Below, piece after piece: positions 1-21,431 of a stretch of DNA of 64,000 nucleotides. The DNA is from the human T2T-CHM13v2.0 reference genome, Homo sapiens. The first letter of the stretch is position 1, and every line of letters starts with the position of its first letter. The notes under the pieces are model-generated. The model was not told where the DNA came from and searched no databases. It worked only from the letters and a program-made list of their open reading frames with translations. The position numbers were made by a program, and so were the translations under genes. The stretch is taken from NCBI RefSeq assembly GCF_009914755.1, contig NC_060942.1; one strand, 5' to 3'.

Positions 1-251
1 CGGTGATACTTAGTGAGTTATCTTATTATCACTCCCAGGATTCCCTTCATATTTCTCCTATGTTGGGGATCACCTGTCTCTGGGTTTACTCCCTCTTTTT
101 GTTGGAGCACATCCTTCAATAGGTCCCTGAGAAAAAGTGCATGATTATTTTTTCTTTTTTAGTTTGAATGCTTTAAAATCTCTTTATTCCACTCATTTGT
201 ATGTCTATTTGTTTACTGGTTAGGCTGTGTGTAGTATTCTGGGTTGGAAAT
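1..251 (-). mobile_element. Old L1M fragment (ORF1-end region)
   Basis: Ends in TATTCTGGGTTGGAAAT, resembling the antisense L1 ORF1 motif AATTCTGGGTTGAAAATT; heavily diverged. Confidence 0.45.
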
Positions 252-849
252 CTGTCTCCAGAACAAAGCTGAGATTTGTGGGGGTATGGTGTGGCCAGTG
301 GCCTACATGGCATGTCATAGCAATGGAGTGACAGAGAAGGATACTTGTGAAGAGAGAGTTAACCAGAATGATGTCTCCCCAAGAACATTCTCAGGAAGAT
401 CACTTTCAGAAGAGAATAGACATGGTACTTGAGGATCTGAGAACTAATTCTTTTAAACTATCCATACCTGCTTACTTAAGAGAACTTTACATGTATTTAA
501 CCTCTAGACTTTCATGTACTTACCCCAGTTTGCATACTGCTGTTCTAAAACATCAAATCTTCCTGGAAATGTGGGAACCAAGAGGTAGAGAGACATAAAT
601 ACCAGACTCCCTTTCTTCTTTACTTATCTCCCAAAACCAGAGACAAAAAGCTTTAGCTATTTTTTTCTTCTGTATCACATCCTTTTCCCACCCTATAGAA
701 CACCAGTAAAAGTGGTTAGGTGGCCTCTTTGTGATTTTGATGTTCAGTAACCTAAATTTCTCTAGATTATAGAATCCAGAATACTCAGATATGGCCATGA
801 GTGATGACAATTGTCCTTTATTATTGTTCGTTTTAAAATTTATATTAGA

Positions 850-1809
<960 letters not shown>

Positions 1810-2262
1810 TAAGGAAAAGAAAGACTTCAATAATTTTCTAATCACCTGTATCTTTGTTGTGAGCAATTTTGGCATATGTGCCTGCTAACGTCATACTAAA
1901 AATTATGATTAATTTTAGAAACATTTTAAAGGAAGTAATTAAGTCCTAGAGACTAGGTATTATGGCAGTGTTATAACCTTACGCTAAGTTTTTTATTTTT
2001 TTTTTAATGTTGGCTACCACTTATTTGTGTGTGTGTGTATGTTTTCTTTTTTTATTATTGTTATACTTTAAGTCCTGGGGTACATGTGCACAACGTGCAG
2101 GTTTGTTACATATGTATATATGTGCCATGTTGATGTGCTGCACCCATTAACTCGTCATTTACATTAGGTATATCTCTTAATGCTATCCCTCCCCCTGCCC
2201 CCACCCCACAACAGGCCCCAGTGTGTGATGTTCCCCTTCCTGTGTCCAAGTGTTCTCATTGT

Positions 2263-6086
<3,824 letters not shown>

Positions 6087-6149
6087 TATGATGTTAGCTG
6101 GTTATTTTGCTCGTTAGTTGATGCGGTTTCTTCCTAGCATTGATTATCT

Positions 6150-7170
6150 TTACAATTTGGCATGTTTTTGCAGTGGTTGGTACCGGTGATCCTTTCCATG
6201 TTTAGTGCTTCCTTCAGGAGCTCTTGTAGGGTAGGCCTACAAGAGCTTGGGGGTGACAAAATCTCTCAGCATTTGCTTGTCTGTAAAGGATTTTATTTCT
6301 CCTTCACTTATGAAGCTTAGTTTGCCTGGATCAGAAATTCTGGGTTGAAAATTCTTTTCTTTAAGAATGTTGAATATTGGCCCCCACTCTCTTCTGGCTT
6401 GTAGAGTTTGTGCCGAGAGATCTGCTGTTAGTCTGATGGGCTTCCCTTTGTGTGTAACCCGACCTTTCTCTCTGGCTGCCTTTAACATTTTTTCCTTTAT
6501 TTCAACTTTGGTGAATCTGACAATTATGTGTCTTGGGGTTGCTCTTCTCGAGGAGTATCTTTGTGGCATTCTCTATTTCCTGAATTTGAATGTTGGTCTG
6601 CCTTGCTAGGTTGGGGAAGTTCTCCTGGATAATATCCTGCAGAGTGTTTTCCAACTTGGTTCCATTCTCCCCGTCACTTTCAGGTACACCAATCAGATGT
6701 AGGTTTGGTCTTTTCATAGTCCCATATTTCTTGGAGGCTTTGTTCATTTCTTTTTACTCTTTTTTCTCTAAACGTCTCTTCTCGCTTCGTTTCATTCATT
6801 TGATCTTCAATCACTGATACCCTTTCTTCCACTTGATCAAATCGGCTACTGAAGCTTGTGCATTTGTCACGTAGTTCTCGTGCCATGGTTTTCAGCTCCA
6901 TTAGGCCATTTAAGGACTTCTCTACACTGGTTATTCTAGTTAGCCATTTGTCTAATCTTTTTTCAAGGTTTTTAGCTTCTTTGTGATGGGTTCAAACTTC
7001 CTCCTTTAGCTCGAAGAAGTTTGATCATCTGAAGCCTTCTTCTCTCAACTTGTCAAAGTTATTCTCCGTCCAGCTTTGTTCCATTGCTGGTGAGGAGCTG
7101 TGTTCCTTTGGAGGGGGAGAGGCGCTCTGATTTTTAGAATTTCTAGCTTTTCTGCTCTGTTTTTCCCCAT
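6150..7170 (-). pseudogene. L1 ORF1p, frameshifted
   Basis: ATG at 7170; fragments EQSLQEIWDY, RPNLHLIGVPESDGE, RATPRHIIVRF, ARREWGPIF in different frames. Confidence 0.96.
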
Positions 7171-8186
7171 CTTTGTGGTTTTATCTACCTTTGATCTTTG
7201 ATGATGGTGACGTACAGATGGCGTTTTGGTGTGGATATCCTTTCTGTTTGTTAGTTTTCCTTCTAACAGTCAGGACCTTCAGCTGCAGGTCTGTTGGAGT
7301 TTGCTGGAGGTCCACTCCAGACCCTGTTTGCCTGGGTATCAACAGCAGAGGCTGCGGAACAGCAAATATTGCTGAACAGCAAATGTTGCTGCCTGATCAT
7401 TCCTCTGGAAGCTTCATCTCAGAGGGGTATCTGCCCATGTGAGGTGTCAGTCTGCCCCTACTGGGGGGTGCCTCCAAATTAGGCTACTCGGGGGTCAGGG
7501 ACCCACTTGAAGAGGCAGTCTGTCTGTTCTCAGATCTCAAACTCCATGCTGGGAGAACCACTACTCTCTTCAAAGCTGTCAGACAGGGACATTTAAGTCT
7601 GCAGAAGTTTCTGCTGCCTTTTGTTCAGCTATGCCCTGCCCCCAGAGGTGGAGTCTACAGAGGCAGGCAGGCCTCCTTGAGCTGAGATGGGCTCCACCCA
7701 GTTTGAGCTTCCTGGCCACTTTGTTTACCTTCTTAAGCCTCAGCAATGGCAGGCGCCCCTCCCCCAGCCTTGCTGCTGCCTTGCAGTTAGAACTCAGACT
7801 GTTGTGCTAGCAATGAAAGAGGCTCCGTGGGCGTGGCACCCTCCAAGCCAGGCACAGGGTATAATCTCCTGATGTGCCATTTGCTAGTATCATTGGAAAA
7901 GCACAGTATTAGGATGGGAGTGGCCCAATTTTCCAGGTGCCATCTGTCCCAGCTTCCCTTGGCTAGAAAAGAGAATTCCCTGACCCCTTGTGCTTCCGGG
8001 GTGAGGCGATGCCTCGCCCTGCTTCGGCTCATGCTCGGTGGGCTGCACCCACTGTCCTGCACCCACTGTCCTACAGGCCCCAGTGAGATGAACCTGGTAT
8101 CTCAGTTGGAAATGCAGAAATCACCCGTCTTCTGCGTCGCTCACGCTGGGAGCTGTAGACTGGAGCTGTTCCTATTCGGCCATCTT
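7171..8186 (-). promoter_or_regulatory. L1 5'UTR internal sense promoter and antisense promoter (ASP); ORF0 remnant
   Basis: YY1 core AAGATGGCCG at the 5' end; ORF0 start ATGGCAGGCGCCCCTCCC at 7746 (+) interrupted by TAG at 7788; activity unknown. Confidence 0.75.
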
Positions 8187-10053
8187 CCGCTTTAAGTTTT
8201 TTATAATCTTTTTGGGAAGGTAAGACAGTTATACAGTGAACAGTTAAGCAGTCTATGATTAATTGCCAAAATGAGTGCTATAAAGTTATAATCTCTGATT
8301 CAGTATCAGGAAAGACCAGGGCTGTTAGGGAATTTGCCCCAGAACTTTATTTTATAATCTATTTAGATTTTTTTAAAAATCCTAAACTGTCAGGTAGTGA
8401 GAAATGCAACCGAAAATTTCATACTAAAATTTATATTTACCTTAGTTATATTCTTAACCTCTGGGTCCAGACATATTCATTTCTACAAGTTCTGAATAGA
8501 AATAAACATTAAGATATTAAAATTGAATTTTCACCCTAAGGCTAATATGGAAATGAAATTGAAAAAAATACATCTATTGCTTTTACACAGAGCTTCCTAA
8601 GAGATTTTAGTCATATGAACATTTATATGTCTTGCATTTTAACTTCCTGAGGGAACAATAGAAATATATTCCCACCCTGCTAAGGGCTTACCACCCAGTT
8701 CCTATAGAGAGGGAAATCCTTTCAACTCAAATAGTTTAACAACAGTGTTACAGTTTAAGGCTCTATCAATTAGTGATGAAGGATAACAATTTAGTAGTTG
8801 ATAAATATTACATATTTGATGTCTGTAGATGAACTCTTTCGTGCCCTTGAGCTAATAACACATATTAATTAAGTTAAATGCAGATTTCACACTTAATCTT
8901 CGCATTACATGGCAAATGTAGATAGCTTGAAAAGTCACAAATGACTTGAAACACTATAAATGTGTAGGTATTTCAGTATATAAGTCACAAAACAAAAAAA
9001 TATTCAGTTCAAATTGTTCTAAAGCTCAAGTTCAAATTTCCCTTTCTAGTTGACATTTGCTGAATTTCTGGAATCCACCAATTGTCTTTAAATTCTAAAC
9101 AGGGAAAAACTACTTCCTTAGGAGTAAGGAAAAAAAAAACTGATGAAAATTAAATCACTTTTTAAAGCAATCACAAACCAGCCATCAACTATCATTACTA
9201 GGGAAATATGTAGTTAGGATTAGGAAGTGAGAACTCTTTGAGTGGGACCCTGAAGGCATATATATAAATATAAACTACACACCACACCTTGGCTGTACTT
9301 GCCAGCTGAGGCTTCAAAAATTACATGGTTTCTAATAAGTAAATTACATTCATATTTTTCCCATAATCAAAGGATATAGATCAAAGTTTGGATTCACAAT
9401 CTTGTTGCCTTCTGAAGAGGCATTCTCATATGAAAAAGAGGCCATTGCCTAGGTAAATCAAGAGACCAGCTTAGAAAGTGATCAAAGCCATGAAAAACCC
9501 ATTTTGTTAATTATTCAGGGATATGCAGACACACTTATTGAGAGCTCCAAGGTCACAGCAAAGCAAAGTATTGGTGTACATTTCAGCTTTGTGCCTTGGC
9601 ATTTTTTTTTCATTAAAATGGCTTCATTTGGAAACCCATAAGAAAAAGCACTGCTGTACCAGAAGAAGAAAAAGAGGCTGTAGATTTTAAACTTCAATAG
9701 AATTCGTTTCAGCAACTTATATATATTTTTTACCTTTAACCTATTTGAATGTGACAGCTGTAGGAAATACGTTGGAATTGAATCTTTAACAACTACAAAA
9801 GTCTTGTTTTTGAAAGAAAATTTTGTTAGATACTGGAACAACCTGAATGAATGCAACACAGAATTATTAAAAATGCTATTTCTGGAGATAGAAAAAAGCT
9901 GTGCTAGGTTTGGAGGACTTCTGGATTTAAGGTGGCAAGAGCAGAGCAAAAACAAATTAACTGCAGGAATGTTTTCCATTCCAGAGTAAGTCTGCCTGCT
10001 CAGATAATAAAGGAAAACCAAAATTCTCTTGGTTATGGTTGGGTTTGTACACA

Positions 10054-10055
10054 TT

Positions 10056-10093
<38 letters not shown>

Positions 10094-10343
10094 GAGATGG
10101 AGTCTTGCTCTGTTGCCCAGGCTGGAGCATGGTGGTGTGATCTCAGCTCACAGCAGCCTCTGCCTCCCGAGTTCAAGCAATTCTCCTGCCTCAGCCTCCT
10201 GAGTATCTGGGATTACAGGCGCGTGCCAATGCACCCTACTAATTTTTTATATTTTTAGTAGAGATGGGGTTTCACCATGTTGGCCAGGCTAGTCTTGAAC
10301 TCCTGACCTTAGGTAATACGCCCACCTTGGCCTCCCAAAGTGT
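10054..10343 (-). mobile_element. AluS, 5'-truncated, with (GTT)n tail
   Basis: Alu body plus (GTT)~12 microsatellite tail. Confidence 0.93.
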
Positions 10344-10521
10344 GCACAGTTTTTAAACCACTAAAACATCATATACACCATGCAGAAATACTACAACTAA
10401 ATATCTAACTGAATGGGAAAAAAGAGAGGAGTCGGGGGCTACACAAATAGGACAAGAGACCTCAGGTTAAAAAGCTGAGGTGGCCCACCCAACCACCAGC
10501 TGGGATCTGATCCACCCTCAC

Positions 10522-11281
<760 letters not shown>

Positions 11282-11544
11282 TGGATTTTCCTTTCAAGAT
11301 CAGATCTTGGGCCTCAGAGTCAGCCTCACTATAGAAAGCAAGGGCTAGTCTCAGCTTCCCACAGAAGACTTGGTTTTATTGGAGGCAAGTTTTGTCTTGC
11401 TTACAATGAGGTTATACAAAGCATAACAAAATTCACATTTTGTTAAGTGACTACCATATGATCACTCTGAATTTTATTTTACCTGTCATTTCTCGGTATC
11501 AATAGGTTTTACTTCCCCTTGTTCTGGATTTCAGTGATTGATGA

Positions 11545-11690
11545 CTGAATACAATAAATATTTATTGAGCGCCTTTTATGAGGAGATATTAATTGAACAA
11601 AATGCCTGTCCTCACAGAGTCGACATTCTGATGGAGGGTGCTAGGAGAAGAGAGGGAAAGACAATAAACATGTAAACAAATAAACATGGC
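11545..11690 (-). mobile_element. L2 fragment
   Basis: AAATATTTATTGAGCGCC...CCTGTCCTCACAGAG typical of the antisense L2 3' end. Confidence 0.6.
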
Positions 11691-12026
11691 ATATCAAACG
11701 TCAGATTATGACTTCCACTTCTGGCTGTGAAAAGCCATCTTGTAGCTGATTAACCATCCCACCTAAAACACTACATCTGAAACATAAAGAAAACACTGGG
11801 GAGCAGCCAACTTAGGCAGGCGGGACTTGATGGGTTACAGTGCTCCAGACAGAAAACCCAGGGAGGAAGCTCCACGATTACCCTGGTTTTTCCCCGAGCA
11901 CATTTTCCAAACTGCAGCATGCATGAAAAGACTTGAAGCTGAAAGTGGCAGTCTTAGCAAGTAAAGGGACAACAGCCAGTGTGTAGAGCTATCAAAGTAT
12001 CTTGAACTTGAGGGACAAAACCTTAG

Positions 12027-12413
<387 letters not shown>

Positions 12414-13410
12414 ATTGTTGGACCCTTAAAATATTCATGCAAAGAGTAAAACTTCAAGAACCTTAGAAAGAAAAAAAGCCTAAAAAAAGAATCTTAGAAG
12501 AAAACAACAGCAGGGAGGCTGAAGAGCCAAACAGAGACATTAGCAGCTATGAAATGCTGGGGAGACAGTTGCTGGAGTTCAAGTAGAGTGGGGTTGGTAA
12601 GCACTTAAGCTTTAAATCAAGACCTCAGGGTGGCTGTGCCAGAAGAGTAAGGAAAACTTAAATAGGCCAGACTTAACAATGCCTACAACCAAGTTTCAAA
12701 GGAATCCGTTACCTAGCCTTCCTTCAACAAGAAAACTTAACCCTCTTTGAAGGAAGGTAATAATAGTTCAGAGCTTCTAAAATTTTTCATCCACAATGTT
12801 CAGCATCTAGTAAAAAATTATCAGTAATGCTAAAAAGCTGGAACAAGGGACCCCAGGCCAGACTGTAGGAAAAAAGAAGACAATAGAAGTGTGCCCAGAT
12901 GGGAAATCTCAGCTGAGAAATGGAAACTCCCAAAAAGAATCAAGTGGAAACTCTACAACCAAAAAATACTCTATCTGAAATTTAAAACTTGATTGCATAG
13001 GTTTAACAGCAAATTGGAGACTGAAACTGTCAGAGTTGGTCAACTTGAAGGTAGATCAATAGAAATTATATTCTGAAGACCTACAGAAGAAATGGTTGGA
13101 AAAAATTAGGAGCCTCAGTAATACTTAGGAAGTTATCAAACAGTCTAACAAAACTCAAATAGGAGTCCTACAGGAAGAGGAGAGCAAGAAAAGGATAAAA
13201 TATTTGAAAAAAGATAAAAAATTACCTAAAATTGGTGAAATAATAATTTACAAATCCCAGACAGCCAACAAACCCCAAGCAGGATAAATGCAGAGAACTA
13301 TACCTAGGGACATCATAATCAGACTATTTAAAGAGAAAAACCTTATAAGCTTCTGGGAATGAGAGGATGACACATAATTTCCAGAGGAACAACAATACAA
13401 TGACAGCTAA

Positions 13411-13773
<363 letters not shown>

Positions 13774-14799
13774 TAATGAGCTTAAAGAGAAAAAGTCAAC
13801 CCAGAATTCTATTTCCATTAAAAATAACTTTCCAAAAGAGGGTAAAATAGTTAAACAAAAGGTGAGAAAACTTATTTATCCTCAGACCTGCATTATGAGA
13901 AACATTAACATGTATTTTAAGTAGCAGTTAGACACCTTCAGTTTTCCTTAGTTGCCCTAATTCCGTAAGCTGTCCAGGCCTATCACATGTGCTGATAAGG
14001 GCTTAAGACAACTATTTCAAGGTTCCTAATAAAATGATTGCCTCTGTTTTAATGATGTTGAGCTAGGTATAAAATAAATTGCCATTTTCCAGAATAGAAA
14101 TGGGGAGGGACATTCTCTTTACATTTATTATGACAACTAGCCATATGAACACAGGTGGTTAACTTTTCTACCCCTTAAGATGTAGGTAGAGAAGCCAGTA
14201 CATCCAGTATATTTAGTGCAGCTAGGCCTGCTTCTATATGGAAGTTCTTGCTCAGCGTGTGCTTACCACTAAATGACAGAAAGTGGAAAATAATTGGCTG
14301 AGCAGGAAAGTTAGAGGAAAAGGGCAGAGTCTTTGATCTGCTATAAAGCATAAAAGCTTTGCTCCTCGTGAAACAGAGCACAATGACTATCTCAGGAATT
14401 GACCAAATACATTAGCAAAAAAGCAGAATTGGCACTTTTCCTTCTGTGCCAATCATGTGGAGAAGTCTGTGTCCCAAGAGTTATGATTGAACTTTACCAA
14501 ATCTTATTCCGATATTAGTATATGAAGCAGTTTTCTTTTTAAGTAAATCTTTATAAGGCCATACAAAGGAAAGCAGTGTTCCCCTTCCATATTAATAAAA
14601 GATGAAGCCCCACAGCCAGGCTACCAGTCAGGCATTCATAAATGGTTACCTTGTCATTGCTTATGTAGGGTATCTTATTTTTTTTAAGCTACAGAATAGT
14701 CCCATTGAGGAGAGAGTAGTTGGTAATTTTTTTATGCTAATGTTTTTTCCCCTGACATTCATAGAAATAAATGCCTTAAATAATATAAAACCCTAAGTA

Positions 14800-15035
14800 G
14801 AGGAAGTGTAGCATATTGGATAAGAGCATAGATTTTGGAAGCTGACTGTCTGAGTTTGTAACCTGGTTCTGTCACTTGCCTTTGTGACCTTGGGGGAAGT
14901 TCACTTTTGTGCCTCTGTTTTCTTATCTGTAAAATGAGGATAATGTTGCCTGCTTTGCCTGGGGCTGTTGTGAATATGTGAGTTATTTCTGTTAAGTATC
15001 AGTGGCATATATTAAGCACAATTCATGTATTTGCT
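14800..15035 (+). mobile_element. MIR
   Basis: TGTGACCTTGGG...TGTGCCTCTGTTTTCTTATCTGTAAAATGAGGATAAT core. Confidence 0.85.
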
Positions 15036-15432
15036 GTCCTTGTTAAGAGACAAGTGGTGTAAAATCCAGCTCTCTAGTTTCATCTGTTGATCTCACTAAC
15101 TAGATTCCAGGAGAAACTCAGTTTATCGCAGAGCAATTGATTCTATTTTGTTCAAAAATATAGGCACCAACCCATAGATGCGTCAAGTTGAATACTCAGT
15201 GGTCCTCAACATTTTTCGCCTGGAAAATCACAGTATAGATGACCTTCTCGAACAAGGAGGCACAGTGGGTTATATGCCATTCTAGGCAAGCTACCTGTAA
15301 CTTGATCCCCTTCCCTGTTAGAAGCAGACTGCAGTACAAAGGAGTATGGAATTATAGAGAAAAGAAATGTAGGCACCGTATTTGTTTTTGAAGAGTTGTC
15401 ACAACTGATTTCAATTAAACATGTAGATGACT

Positions 15433-16175
<743 letters not shown>

Positions 16176-16955
16176 AAGCCAGTTCTGCAGGATTGTTGCC
16201 TTAAACTGTAAGCTCCTTTCCCATCATATACCAGTGCCTGGTATACAGCAGGAGTTAATAAATATCTGTAGAATATATGATAAATATTTTACAAAGGAGA
16301 TTTTAAACATTTTACTTTAAAAACGTTCAAATTTAAAAAGTTGAAAGAACTATACAGTGAATATTCATATGCCCATCACCAAGATCTACAATTAAAAATT
16401 ACTATATGTGCTTTATCAAATATCTGTTCATCCCACAAGAATAATTTTCACATGGCACATTTGATTAAGCTAATAAGAAAAAAATAAAATTAAACTGTTT
16501 ATAGCCTTAATACTTACATGAGGACAGATCTAGTCTGAGGGAATAATGAAAATAGTTCCGGAGATTTCTCAATTACCCTATAAGCCAGGATTGTTTGGCA
16601 AACATAGGCGGGACTCAGATTCTATCTGAGGCTGTTAGCATCCAAGGGCTGTAGGCATTTGAAGAATGGATATGCTAAAGGTTCATTTGTAGATATTATT
16701 ATGGAGCCTGTATTTACCCACACCTTTAAAAAATACATTATTAAACTTGTAAGGAGAAATGTAGGAAGTTTAAGCTTAACAGAGCTACAACAATCAGTGT
16801 TTATAATATGATTTTTTTAAAGATTCAGTGGAAGTCATCTTCATTCACAGATGAAAGTCAATCCTGTAGGTGAAATGAGGCAAGTTAAAGTTGAATGAAT
16901 ATGCCTGCTGCATCAGAAACTATTTAAGAGATTAGTCATCAAAATAGCTTTGCTT

Positions 16956-17302
<347 letters not shown>

Positions 17303-17334
17303 TTACGAGATTAGTCATCAGAATATTTTTGCTT

Positions 17335-17672
<338 letters not shown>

Positions 17673-18889
17673 TTAATATATTTTCACATTATTACTGGCT
17701 AGTGTCTTATAATCCTACCAGCTGAGGTGTTCTAAGATTGAATGAGATGATAAGAATAAAACACAGTACATAAAGCTGCAGCATATAAGTTCCCCATTCC
17801 CATTATGGTAGCTACTCTTAATAAGATAGGAAAAGGAAGTGGAGAAGGAGGCAGGAAAGGAATTTTAAAGGAAGAATACTTTCCCTAATTCTCAATAGAT
17901 CATGAAAAGCTTGAATGCTGAAAAGACCATGGTACCACGTTCAGGTCTAAAATGATGATGAAGTTAGAAAAAAAGAAGAAACAAAGTAGAAGAATGGAAG
18001 ATGTAAAGAAGAGGAGTAGAAAGAAAAAATGCTGATGGAAAGAAATTGATGGTCATCAAGATTTCCTTTTACTTCTGGGGGTTTATTGGCTTTGGCTAGG
18101 TGTAGAAGACCACAAACATGGTGCAACTGGACTGCACGCAAGGTCTGGCTTGTCCACACTCAGTTTTCTGCCCTCTGCCTCACACCTGTGCCTGTGGTCG
18201 CTCTCTCTTGTCTCCTACCTGAGTTTAACTTTGGGCGTACTCTGATATAAAATCATTGTCCCAGAGGGGTCACTGTTACAGAGCATCAGAGCCAGGAAGT
18301 ATGTAGGAGGTATTTGGGTTCCATGATTTCATTTCACATCTAGTGAAAAGGTCCTGTAATATAGCAAACAATACAGTGCTTCAGGTGAGTCACAGATTAC
18401 TTACACAGGCTCTGGTCAGATGAAATAGATTGAGCCATGATGTGGGTCAGTGATTCTGCGGGAGAAATGTAAAGTCGTAAGCCATAAGAGTGCAAGAGAA
18501 TATTTGGAAAGTAATTTTTTAGTAGTTAAATTTGCCTGTAATAATCATGTCTTTCTACGATCTCGTGGATTTGTTCCACTGGAATAGAGCATCACCCCAT
18601 TGTGGTAGGCACCAGAGAATTCACTCACATTATTCAAGTAGATTCTCAATTTTTAATGGCAGGGAACGTGTTTCCTGTCTGCCACCTTTGGTATGTTGTA
18701 TTGAATAGGGGGGTAAAATGTAGGCCTTAAGTAAACTACTTGTTCAATAGAAGAATGAAAAATTTTTTGAATTTGTTTTGAATTCAAGGGAAACTATGAC
18801 AATAGACAGGCAAAGTAGGTACACTGCTAGAGTCCACGAGGCAGTAAAGTGTCATGGTTAGGAGCACAGACAACAAGGCTTTGTCTATG

Positions 18890-19103
18890 CCACTGCCGTC
18901 CAATAGGACTCTCTGTGATGATGGAAGTGTTCTATATCTGTTCTGTACAATAGAAGCCACAGGCCTCATGTGGCTATTGATCTCTTGAACTGTGGCTAGT
19001 GCAACTGAAGAAGTGAGTTTGTAATTTTATTTAATTTTAATTAAGCTAATTCAAATTTTAAATATGGGCACATGTGACTAGTGGCTCCCATATTGGGCCA
19101 TGC
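18890..19103. mobile_element. MER3 (hAT-Charlie) inserted in a MIR
   Basis: GTCCAATAGGACTCTCTGTGATGATGGAAGTGTTCTATATCTG...CACATGTGACTAGTGGCT. Confidence 0.8.
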
Positions 19104-19363
19104 TGAACATGGAATGTAATAGCAGAACACAGACACTGTACACATGGCCAGGGTTTGCATCCCAATCCTGTCATGTTGCTACTCTTGACTGTTCATTGCA
19201 TGGTGCTGTCCTCTGTAAGAGCTGTCATCAATACTATGAGTCAATATATGGAGTCCATATATGGAAATTCATATATCAAGCCAATATATGGAATAAGTAA
19301 ATACATGGAAAAGAGAATCACTATGTGGAAAGTACTTAGAACAGTGCCTGGAAAATACATACA

Positions 19364-19428
19364 ACTTTTAATGGCAAAAATTGCAATTACTTTTAAGTAG
19401 CAAAAACTGCAATTGTGCACTAACCTAA
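19364..19428. mobile_element. MADE1 (Hsmar1 mariner MITE), partial and rearranged
   Basis: ACTTTTAATGGCAAAAATTGCAATTAC...GCACTAACCTAA. Confidence 0.75.
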
Positions 19429-19444
19429 CATATAGGTGTGTGTG

Positions 19445-19476
<32 letters not shown>

Positions 19477-19514
19477 TATACACAAACACACACATATATA
19501 TATAATGTATATGT

Positions 19515-20438
<924 letters not shown>

Positions 20439-20636
20439 ATGTATATACATGCTTGCTATTATTATTGCTTTTATGAAGAGGCTATGAGATCTGTTTTAAA
20501 TAACTAGGTCAGTAAATAAATATTTGGCCTGATGTTCGGCCTCTGTTGACTTTCTGGGCCTTAATAGTTGTGTCAGTTACACACTGGGGTTAGTCAGTGT
20601 GTTCTCTTTTGGCTCTGAGAATTAATGTTCCTATGA

Positions 20637-21068
<432 letters not shown>

Positions 21069-21174
21069 TGAGGAAGGTTCTACCTCAGTTCTCAGCTATA
21101 TACATTTAGAGTCATGTGGGGGTATTCAGTAACTAATGGCTGCATTTCAAGTATTTGGAACACATTTTCTATGA

Positions 21175-21431
<257 letters not shown>

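Noticed and set aside
244-598. Short ORFs (62 and 83 aa) in purine-rich unique sequence
   Set aside because: Non-ATG starts, no recognisable domain, no convincing splice boundaries; a BLASTX hit would be needed
9515-10054. 179-aa minus-strand ORF
   Set aside because: AT-rich and F/L/K/S-biased with no known motif; consistent with chance in 64 kb
15092-15290. Branch-point-like CTCACTAAC...CCAG and a slightly CpG-richer segment as a coding exon
   Set aside because: No polypyrimidine tract, an intervening TAG, and stops in all frames soon after; the minus-strand alternative also has stops in all frames
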